From Deltaproteobacteria bacterium (GTDB lineage: Bacteria > Myxococcota_A > Polyangia > Polyangiales > Houyiibacteriaceae): a DNA stretch of 64,000 nt. A program made the translations under genes and the position numbers. This document shows, one piece after another, positions 20,386 through 28,800 of the stretch (positions within the stretch are counted from its first letter, which is position 1; the number at the start of each line of letters is the position of its first letter). Under the pieces are notes generated by a model. That model ran no database searches and had not been told where the DNA came from. It saw only the letters and a list, made by a program, of their open reading frames with translations. The stretch lies in assembly GCA_034670305.1 (NCBI GenBank), contig JAXMNT010000010.1:32001-96000 (forward strand). The letters run 5' to 3'.

Positions 20386-21367
20386 CGGCTGCCTCCGTGG
20401 CTTCGGCGTCCGAGTCCACGTACACCCGGTGCATCGATGCTTCGGTCGCCAGCGGCGACTCTCCGGCGAACTTCACCGCCGCTTCGATCTGGTCGTCCAC
20501 TTCGCCTTCGAGGTCGAGCAAGTCGTTCTCTTTCACGCCCGCTTCGACGAGCTTCGCGCGCACCACAGCGCACGGGTCCTTCTTCTTGCGCTCTTCGAGC
20601 TCTGCGCGGCTTCGGTACTTCGCCGGGTCGCTCATCGAGTGGCCACGGAAGCGGTAGGTCTCGATCTCGATGAAGGTCGGGCCTTCGCCGCGGCGCGCCC
20701 GCGCCACCGCTTGGCCGACCCGGTCGCGCACGTTGCCGACGTCGTAGCCCTCGAAGCGGTCGCCGCTCATGCCGTAGCCCTGCGCTTTGAGCGTCAGGTC
20801 GTCGAGCGGCGAGGTGCGCTCCATCGGCGTTCCCATCGCGTACTGGTTGTTCTCGCAGATGAAGACGATCGGCAACTTCCAGAGGCCCGCGAGCGAGAGC
20901 GCTTCGTGGAACCCGCCGATGTTGGTCGCGCCTTCGCCGAAGAAGCAGACCGTGACCCGGTCTTCGCCGTTGTACTTGGCTTTGAACGCCGCGCCGGCCG
21001 CGAGCGCGATGTGCCCACCCACGATGCCCCAGCCGCCGTAAAAGCCGTTCTTCACATCGAAGAAGTGCATCGAGCCACCCATGCCGCGCGAGCAGCCGGT
21101 GTCCTTGCCGAACAGCTCCGCCATGGCCGCGTTCGGGTCCATGCCAAGCGCCAGCGCGATGCCGTGGTCGCGGTAGGTCTGAAAGACGGTGTCGCCTTCC
21201 TCGAGGACCTCGGACACACCGACCGCGATGGCCTCCTGTCCGATGTACAGATGGAGAAAACCGCCGATCTTGCCCATCGCATAGGCGCGCGCCGATTCTT
21301 CTTCAAAACGCCGGATGACCCACATCTGTCGGTACAACCGGCGCAGCTCGTCTACTCCCGATGCCAC
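20378..21367 (-). CDS. pdhA: pyruvate dehydrogenase E1 alpha subunit
   Basis: GFLHLYIGQEA; TPP motif GEGA...ENN; TYRFRGHSMSDP. Confidence 0.95.
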   Translation of the reverse strand: MASGVDELRRLYRQMWVIRRFEEESARAYAMGKIGGFLHLYIGQEAIAVGVSEVLEEGDTVFQTYRDHGIALALGMDPNAAMAELFGKDTGCSRGMGGSMHFFDVKNGFYGGWGIVGGHIALAAGAAFKAKYNGEDRVTVCFFGEGATNIGGFHEALSLAGLWKLPIVFICENNQYAMGTPMERTSPLDDLTLKAQGYGMSGDRFEGYDVGNVRDRVGQAVARARRGEGPTFIEIETYRFRGHSMSDPAKYRSRAELEERKKKDPCAVVRAKLVEAGVKENDLLDLEGEVDDQIEAAVKFAGESPLATEASMHRVYVDSDAEATEAADA

Positions 21368-21440
21368 GCGGGCACCCTACTACAGAAGCCCACCCCAAGA
21401 TCCAGCCTTTGGTACGGACGGGCCGGCTGTACCGGTGACC

Positions 21441-21560
21441 GGGAGAGCGACCTGTGCCCGTCCCCCTTGCCCCTCCCGTGCCCGTGCCCGCGCCCCTGCC
21501 CGTGCCTTGCCCGAGCCCGTGCCTTGCCCGCGCCCGTGCCCGTGCCCGTGCCCGTGCCCT
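21441..21560. repeat. (GCCCGT)n hexamer tract with AGCGACCT head
   Basis: Reverse-complement relative of the unit at ~18017-18083. Confidence 0.85.
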
Positions 21561-21640
21561 TCAAGCATCGGCTCCTGTGACGAACACGCACCACGGACAA
21601 GCAGCGCTGTCCGTGGGAAGCGCGAGCGCTCCTCGCGCAG

Positions 21641-22243
21641 CTACGAGCGGCTCTGGCCGATCAACCGCGCGACGTGCGCGCCGAAGTAGCCGGCGTAGCG
21701 GGACTGCAGCTCGGGCAGACGCCAGTCGTCTCCGCCCACCTTGCCCCGGCAGCCCGGCGCACCGCACGCGCAGACGAACGCGTCGTAGTCCGAGCAGTCC
21801 GTCATCGCGTAGTCGAAACAGATCTCTTCGCCGGCCTCGATGGCGCGCATCGCGACCAGCACCACCTGGCCGCGCACGCCCACGTTCGGCGCGCACGAGT
21901 GGTTCACCCAGTCGCCGGGCCCGTCGTAGTCCGAGTAGAGGAAGAGCCCCTCTTCGATCTGCAGCGCGAAGCGGCGGCGGCCGGCCGGCAGCGAGTCGAG
22001 TTCGCCTTGGTCGACGACGCGGCCGCCGAAGGCCACCACGACCGAGCCTTCGGCGATGTCCTCTTGCGCGAAGAGACCGCGCTCCCCGAACTCGTTGGTC
22101 AGCGTGTGCGTCGCCGGGCTCGGCTTCGATGAAACGGGCGGCGGCGCCTTTTTCCTTCGCTTGGTGGGAGCCTTGCGGCGTCGCAAAAGAGTGACTCCCT
22201 GGGGGGAGTCGCCTGCCTGCTCACGAGGAGCTGGGGGTTTCAT
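21641..22243 (-). CDS. SET domain protein with post-SET motif
   Basis: RGLFA, VNHSCAPN, GEEICFDY, CACGAPGCRG. Confidence 0.9.
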   Translation of the reverse strand: MKPPAPREQAGDSPQGVTLLRRRKAPTKRRKKAPPPVSSKPSPATHTLTNEFGERGLFAQEDIAEGSVVVAFGGRVVDQGELDSLPAGRRRFALQIEEGLFLYSDYDGPGDWVNHSCAPNVGVRGQVVLVAMRAIEAGEEICFDYAMTDCSDYDAFVCACGAPGCRGKVGGDDWRLPELQSRYAGYFGAHVARLIGQSRS

Positions 22244-22277
22244 GGAGGCGCCAGTATAAATCGCCTCCGCCGAAACT

Positions 22278-22865
22278 TCATCCAGTGGACTGTGCGTTTT
22301 CCACCAGCTTGAGTTCGGGGACCGGGAGGGTCCCCGACAGCACCTTCGGCAGGTCCTCGTCCACCGCGACCTCGAGGAGCGGCTGGGGCAGGTCGCGACC
22401 GAGCGCGACCGCCTGCTCGACCTGCGGCTGCCACGCGGCCCAGCAGGCCTCGGGCGTGGGACGACCGATGGTGCGGCGACACCCGGGCGCACCGCAGAGA
22501 CAGCTCAATGGTTCGTCGAGGTTGCACTCGGCGTAGTCGCAGGTGACCTCGTCGCCCACCGCCAGGTCCCGCACGGCGATCATCGCGTCGTGCCCCACCC
22601 CACGCATCGCCGGCGCGCAGCTGTGGTTGACGTGTTTGCCCGCGTCCCAGCAGAGGATGAACTGCCCCCGCGCGTCCCGGTAACCGAGCCGGTCGAGCTG
22701 CGCCCACAGGAGCGGCGGCAAGGACTCGACCTCCAGCGGGTCGAGCACGAAGTCGAAGCGGTCGCGGACCCACAGCAGCGTGCCGCGCGGAATCGGCGCG
22801 GTTGCGCGCACGCCAACGCCGACCGCTGGGTCGAAGGTGGAGAGCTCGGTGTCCGGGTGGATCAC
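22278..22865 (-). CDS. SET domain protein with post-SET motif
   Basis: GVGVRA, VNHSCAP, GDEVTCDY, CLCGAPGCR; GTGA overlap with upstream gene. Confidence 0.9.
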   Translation of the reverse strand: MIHPDTELSTFDPAVGVGVRATAPIPRGTLLWVRDRFDFVLDPLEVESLPPLLWAQLDRLGYRDARGQFILCWDAGKHVNHSCAPAMRGVGHDAMIAVRDLAVGDEVTCDYAECNLDEPLSCLCGAPGCRRTIGRPTPEACWAAWQPQVEQAVALGRDLPQPLLEVAVDEDLPKVLSGTLPVPELKLVENAQSTG

Positions 22866-24448
22866 GACTTCGCCTTCAGGGTGCTGTCCACGTTCTCGTC
22901 CAAGACGATGCGCCGGATGCGGGTCTTGGCGCTCAGCTCGTACAGATCGTCCCGCAGCTCCCGAAGCGGCAGCACGCTCCCCGAGGTCCGCGCGTGCTCG
23001 AGCAGGTTGAAGTCCAGGTCCGCGATGGCGACCGTCTGCTCGTGGGGCGGGGCTTCGGCGGCGATGGCTTTCGGCGGGAACCCGAAGTCGCTCGGAGTCA
23101 GCACCGCGCTCCGGGCGTAGTTCAAGAGGTAGGTCGGGTGCGAGAGGTTGCCGCACGATCCCGAGAGCGCGAGGTAGAGCACGTTCTCGATCGCGCGCGC
23201 GTGGGCGCTCAGCCGCACCCGCAGATACGCCGCTTCGTCGTCGGTGCTGAAGGGGACGAAGATTGTGTCGACCCCCGCTTCGGCCAGGAGCCGCGTCGGC
23301 TCCGGGAACTCGATGTCGAAACAGATCTGGACCGCGAAGGGTCCGAAGGGGCCGACGAACACCCGCAGCTCCTCGCCAGGCGTGAAGCCCCACAGGTCAC
23401 GCTCGGTCGGCGTGAGGTGCAGCTTGTCCTGGGTGTAGACGTTGCCGCTCGGTGTCATCACGTGCGCGACGTTGTAGAGCGTGCCGCCTCGCACCACCGG
23501 ATGCGAACCCGCGATCACGTAGAGCGCGTGTTTCTTCGCGAGCTCCGTGAAGATGCGCAGGTAGGTCTCGTGGAACTCGGCGAGCGCCAGCATCTCGTCC
23601 CGCGGCGAGTCGAGCGAGGTCAGGAGCGGGGCAGCGACGAACTCCGGGAACACCACGGCGTGGCATCCGTACTCGTTGGCGACGGTCGCGAAGTAGGAGG
23701 CCGTGTCTGCGAACGACTGGACGGTCTCTCCGTCGCGGATCCGCCACTGCACCGAACACACCCGCATGCGATCCCACGCGCGTTCGCGCCGAATCGACCG
23801 GGCGCGCCGTTTGCGCGCGTCGTACTTCGGGTTGTCCCACTGCAGCAGCGTCGCCCAACCGGCGCTGGCGGCGTCGTCCATGAGGTCGGACCGAATGGAC
23901 ACGACCCGGTACCCGTTGCGGAGGTGTGCGGAGAGCGCGGGGTCTTTGAGGTCGCCACCGACGACCCGCTCCACGTAGGTCTCCGCCTTCATGCGCTTGG
24001 CGTGTTTCGAGTACCCGGGCAGCCGACCGAACGCGACCATGCGGCGGAGGTTGTGCCGCTGCACGATCTTCTTCCGGCCGTCGTAGAGCTTCGACGCGAT
24101 GCGTTTGCCACGCCAGTCCGGATGGACGGCGATGTCCGCGCCGTAGAGGGTGTCGCCGTTCGGGGTGTGGGTGGAGAAGGTGCCGGCACCGGTCAGCTCG
24201 TCGAAGCTGTACTGCTCGAGCGACGCGGACATCTCCACGATCACACTGGTCGCGTAACCCACGACCTTCCCATCCACCTCGGCGAGGATCTGCCCGTCGG
24301 GGAACGCAGCGAAGGCGAGCTTGAACTGGCGCCGGTCGTACTGGTCCGCGTCGGCGTACTCCGGCCACGCCGCGCGCTGGCACGCCACGATCGCGTCGAT
24401 GTCCGACTTCTTCCAGCGACGAACTCGGACCTTCTTGGATGTGGCCAT
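22862..24448 (-). CDS. bifunctional GNAT N-acetyltransferase / carbon-nitrogen hydrolase
   Basis: GNAT motif VHPDWRGKRIA; nitrilase triad FPEF, QDKLHLTP, QICFDIEFPE. Confidence 0.9.
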   Translation of the reverse strand: MATSKKVRVRRWKKSDIDAIVACQRAAWPEYADADQYDRRQFKLAFAAFPDGQILAEVDGKVVGYATSVIVEMSASLEQYSFDELTGAGTFSTHTPNGDTLYGADIAVHPDWRGKRIASKLYDGRKKIVQRHNLRRMVAFGRLPGYSKHAKRMKAETYVERVVGGDLKDPALSAHLRNGYRVVSIRSDLMDDAASAGWATLLQWDNPKYDARKRRARSIRRERAWDRMRVCSVQWRIRDGETVQSFADTASYFATVANEYGCHAVVFPEFVAAPLLTSLDSPRDEMLALAEFHETYLRIFTELAKKHALYVIAGSHPVVRGGTLYNVAHVMTPSGNVYTQDKLHLTPTERDLWGFTPGEELRVFVGPFGPFAVQICFDIEFPEPTRLLAEAGVDTIFVPFSTDDEAAYLRVRLSAHARAIENVLYLALSGSCGNLSHPTYLLNYARSAVLTPSDFGFPPKAIAAEAPPHEQTVAIADLDFNLLEHARTSGSVLPLRELRDDLYELSAKTRIRRIVLDENVDSTLKAKS

Positions 24449-24518
24449 GGGGATTTGTAGCGCGCTCCATAAGTCGCGCCCATCTCGTGTGCGATCGAGA
24501 GGCGTGATGTAGAGCACA

Positions 24519-24542
24519 GCCGATGCCGATGCCGATGCCGAT
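24519..24542. repeat. (GCCGAT)4 tract
   Basis: Four exact hexamers, complementary to the downstream TCGGCN tracts. Confidence 0.8.
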
Positions 24543-24741
24543 CTCTCCGCGCAGGGGATTGGTCGGTGACTGCCAACGGTCACGGCCCCCGTGAAGTCTG
24601 GACGGCATCGGCCTGGCCCTGCGCGCCGGCATGACTGCGGCCGGCGGCGTCCCACATCGCGGCGTCGGCTCGGTGTCGGCTTCAGCTTCGGGATCGGGGT
24701 CGGCGGGTATCGGTCGGCTTCGGAGTCGGCGTCATGGAATC

Positions 24742-24769
24742 GGGCAGTGCGTCCGGAGACGCACCGCCC
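24742..24769 (-). other. 12-bp RNA hairpin just downstream of the four-helix-bundle gene
   Basis: Minus strand GGGCGGTGCGTC-TCCG-GACGCACTGCCC; the one mismatch is a G-U pair on this strand; no U tract. Confidence 0.55.
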
Positions 24770-24776
24770 GCGCGGC

Positions 24777-25088
24777 CTAGGACCGACTCAGCTTGAACAA
24801 CATCGCGCAGACGTGGTCCGCGAGGTCGTACACGTCCTCCCCTGCCTCGACGTACCCCATGACCGCCGCGACCTGCAGGGCGGCCTTTACCTCGCGCGCC
24901 TCCCCGAGAGCACGCGAGAACCCGTCCGGGTTCCTCCCGCCCCGCGCACTCCGAGACTCCGCAATCAGTAGAGGAACAGCCTGCGCGGCCCGCCGCAGCT
25001 GCGACTTCAGCGACGCCTCGCGAATGCGAGGCAAGACCTCACGCACCAGGAGCGAGAGAAGTAGAAGCGACTTGTCGAATACCAGCAT
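24777..25088 (-). CDS. four helix bundle protein (23S rRNA IVP / Avd-like family)
   Basis: 103 aa, helical; QLRRAAQAVPLLIAE and ALGEAREVKAAL match the family pattern QlrRA..Sv..NiAEG / A.GS..E. Confidence 0.75.
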   Translation of the reverse strand: MLVFDKSLLLLSLLVREVLPRIREASLKSQLRRAAQAVPLLIAESRSARGGRNPDGFSRALGEAREVKAALQVAAVMGYVEAGEDVYDLADHVCAMLFKLSRS

Positions 25089-25145
25089 CGAGAACCTGCC
25101 TTGTGTGCGCCGAGCGTGAACTCGCCCGAGGGCGCGAAGCGCCCC

Positions 25146-25339
25146 AGTGGTCGGCGGGGTGGCGGGTCAAGGACGAGCAAGCGCCGCTTCAGCGGCGCGC
25201 CAGCGAAGCGGCGGGCATCCCGCCGGGCCTCTTTCCTGGGGGCACAGCCCCCAGACCCCGTCCCAGTGACGCGGCTCGATCGCTTCGCTCGACTTCGCCC
25301 CGTCGGTGGCCTCCTTGAGGCGCCGCCCCGCCGACCGCT
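25146..25339. mobile_element. MITE/REP-like element with 28-bp imperfect terminal inverted repeats
   Basis: 25146-25173 versus reverse complement of 25312-25339 match at 24 of 28 positions; internal hairpins at 25181-25198, 25208-25225 and 25236-25254. Confidence 0.55.
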
Positions 25340-25400
25340 ACGCTGGACCATCCATCGGGCCAGCCAACCTCCACGAGAAGGAGAGGTTGAGCGAGCGGCC

Positions 25401-25746
25401 TCGGCTTCGGCTTCGGCTCCGGCTTCGGGTTCGGCTTCGGCTTCGGTGTCGGCTTCGGCTTCGGTGTCGGCTTCGGCGTCGGTGTCGGCCTCGGCTTCGG
25501 CTTCGGCTTCGGCATCGGTGTCGGCTCCGGCTTCGGCTTCGGCTTCGGCTTCGGCTTCGGCTTCGGCTTCGGCTTCGGCTTCGGCTTCGGCGTCGGCGTC
25601 GGCGTCGGCTTCGGCTTCGGCGTCGGTGTCGGCGTCGGGGTCGGCGTCGCTCAGCTTCGGCGTCGGCGTCGGCTTCGGCGTCGGCTTCGGCTTCGGCGTC
25701 GGCTTCGGCTTCGGCTTCGGCGTCGCGGCTTCGGCTTCGGTTCGGC
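25401..25746. repeat. (TCGGCT/TCGGCG)n hexamer microsatellite
   Basis: ~345 bp of near-perfect hexamer repeats. Confidence 0.95.
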
Positions 25747-25763
25747 CTGGGCTTCGTTAACGG

Positions 25764-25790
25764 AAAAAGCCCAGCCGCTGGGCTGGGCTT
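25764..25790 (-). terminator. intrinsic terminator of the metalloprotease operon
   Basis: Perfect 10-bp stem AAGCCCAGCC/GGCTGGGCTT, 4-nt loop, short U run on the minus strand, ~45 nt after the stop. Confidence 0.75.
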
Positions 25791-25833
25791 CTCCGCAGTC
25801 GTCGTCGCCGTGGCGGCGACTCAGACGTTCAGA

Positions 25834-28800
25834 CTAAACACCGAGGGAGTTCGAGATGCCGTACTCGGCCTGAAGCTGAATCAGGTACTCCAAGAAGGAC
25901 TCCTGCTGCATCAGGTCGCGGAGCTCGTCGTCCGTCGGGGTGCCGTCGCGAATCGCATCGCGGCGTTCGATGAGGTGCTTCAAGAGCTGGAAGCCGAGCT
26001 GCTCCTCTTCGAGGTTGTAGGCGAGGCGCGGGCGCACCTTCACGGCCACGTACGGCGTGTGGAGGCGGTCCGAGTTGTACACGACGTAGGTCGCGTCCTC
26101 GGGGGTGTCGCAGCCGTTGGCCACGTCCGGGTCGACCACGTTGTGGCCGGCGCGGAGCGCTTCGCCGAGACCACACGCCGGGTCGCCGTTCGGCTGCACG
26201 TCCGGGATGGTGTGACCCGTACCGTCTCCCTTGCGGAAGATGATGAGTCGCTGCTCGAAGCTCGAGTCGTAGAAGACCGGGAACTGGGCGAGCGCGAGAA
26301 TGGTCGCCCAGGACCGGAGGACCACGTTGGAGGATCCGCCGAGGGCGGGCTCCGGGTAGACCTCTTCCTGCGGACCGAGACACGGCACTGCCGAGCTGCC
26401 CTGACGACACTCGCCGAGGGCGAGGCCGCGGTACCACGACATGTTGTTCACGACCGGCTCGCCGGCTTCCATGGTCACGCGCGGGGCGTACCAGGTCGGC
26501 TCGTCGATCGCGATGCCGCCGAAGAACTCCGTCATCGGGATGCCGAAGAGGTCGTAGTAGTTGATGAAGTAGCGCTCATCGAGCGTGAAGGAGAGGTTCC
26601 AGTCACGAATCGCGAGGGCGTAGAGAGCGTAGAACTTGTCCCAGAACACGCCGCTTCGTTCCGCGCGGAAGAAGCCCTGGTGTCCGTCCTGGTACTGGGT
26701 CCAGGTGCCGTAGCCCTGACCTGCACCGAGCGTGAAGTCGCTTCCGGGCATGTCCGCATCGCTGCCCATGTGCTCGTAGACCGTGCCGGCCTCGTTGAGG
26801 GCGTAGGAGCCTTCGTCCGGCAGGTTCGCGAGCTCGATGAGCCAGTTCATGCCGTCGACCGACGCCGCGAACTGGTCGTCGAAGCCGAGCGGACCACTGT
26901 TCGGGCCTGCGTTCGAGCCGAAGCCGGGCTCGAAGAAGAGGCGGAAGAACAGATGCTGGTACATCTTCGCGGTGTCGATGACGCTGCCGAAGGAGGCGGC
27001 CATCGACGGGCCACGGGCGAGGAACCGGCGGTGGTAGCTGGCTGCGTAGCGCTCGTACCAGTTGCGGCGGAAGTGATCGACCGCCTCCTGGAAGGACTCA
27101 CCCGCGTCGAAGCGGCTGCACCACGAGATGTCGACCGCACGCTCGTCCGGGCCGAACATGTAGCTGACGGGGTAGAAGTCGCGGACGCCGTCGGGGTCGC
27201 CGTCGGGGCCGGTGATGTCGTTGTTGTACGCGACACCATCGAAGTAGTCCTTGAAGTCTTCGTCGTAGTTCGAGCAGATGCAGTTGCGGTCGGTGCCGCA
27301 CGGCTCGGGGAGACGGGTGTAACGCGGGTGACGCACGCACCGCTGGGTGATCTCCTGGCCGGGCACGTTGACGCGGTTGGAGGGACAGTCCGTGTCCACG
27401 ATGCAGCTCTCACCACCAGAGTAGTGCGACTGCCAGACGCGGGGCGTCTCGTGGGTGCGGTGGATCGGCGCGAAGATCGGGTCGATCGCGGGGTTGTCCC
27501 GCGGCTCGCCGACGTACGCCTCGACCTGGTCGAAGTAGTTCCACACGGTGGCCGCGATGTCGTAGCGACCAAGGCCGCTGACGTCGGAGAGGTCGCCGTT
27601 GTAGTCCATGATCGAGCCGGTCATGTAGTTGTGCATGCCGAGGCGCGCGCGCTCGTTGCGCACCCGGCGGAGCTCGGCGTAGTAGGCGTCGAGCTCTTCG
27701 GCACCGACGAAGTCGTCGCCGTTCTCGTCGAAGTCTTCCATGCGCGGGAGCTCGAGGCGGTCGCCTTCGCGGAGGGCCAGGTTGAAGTAGCCGTCGCCGT
27801 AGTTGTTCCGGTCGAAGCTGCCACCGAAGTTGTGGCGCAGACCGACGCTGTGGCCGATCTCGTGGTGCTGCACGGACTTCATCTGCATCTGCTGCAAACG
27901 AATGCTCGCTTCACCGAGGGGGCGGTCACGGAACGCTTCGGCCCAGTACTCCCAGTAGCGCGAGCGAAGGAAGCTGCGCGGGTCCGTGAGTTCGGCGAAG
28001 TCGTAACCAACCAGGCCAGCCTGGTGGTTGATCGACTGGTCGCGCATCCGGTTCTGAATGGCGGTGTTGCCGCGGAAGGGCGAGGTCTGGTCGAGCATCG
28101 CTTCGCTCATCGGGTCTTCGAGACCCGTGAACGCCGTGGTCTGCTGCGACGTGCTGCCGAGGCTGTTGACGAGGGACTCGCCACCGAGGGCGCCCATGAG
28201 CTGACGCTCGATGCTGGTGCCCTCGAGGTTGCGCATGCGGTCCGAGTAGATCTGGGCGCGGCCTTCCGTGCCGTGGAGCCGTTCGATCTTCGGAAGCGCG
28301 CGGTGGACGGTCTCCATGAACGCTTCGGCGCGGGCCGAACCCACCGCGAACTCGATCGCCGGGCGGCCGGGATCGTCGGTGCCGATGCCGATGCCACCCG
28401 AGGGGGCGATGCGGATCGGAAGCTCGGTGTTGCCGAGGTTCGAGTAGTACTCGCGCATCGAGTCGCCAGCGACCCAGCGGTCGGCTGCGCCCTCTTCACC
28501 AGCGGCGCATCCGGCGTCGCCGAGGCAGCGAAGCACCGGCAGCCACTCGTTGGCGACCATCGTGATGTTCTCGGCCACGACGCCGCCGAAGTTGGCGTCG
28601 GCCGTGATGAGCTCACCCGAGATGGGGTCGGAGCGAAGCTCCGAGACGCCACCGAAGAGGGTGCTGACTTCGTCGATGTAGTTGAAGAACTGGTAGCGGA
28701 TGTCGCCCTGCTGTTCCCAGCGGACGGGGTCCCCGTTGGCATCGACGACTTCGTCGCAATGCTGGCCTTCTTCGGTGCGGTTCAAGTCGCAGGCGTTGCT

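Noticed and set aside
18084-21367. pdh operon lacking the E3 (lpd) gene
   Set aside because: E3 is commonly encoded elsewhere and shared with other 2-oxoacid dehydrogenases
24777-25088. Diversity-generating retroelement (Avd-like gene)
   Set aside because: No reverse transcriptase and no TR/VR pair with adenine-specific mismatches seen in the window
25101-25760. ORFs reading (AS)n, (RL)n or (PK)n
   Set aside because: Translations of the hexamer microsatellite with no RBS or domain
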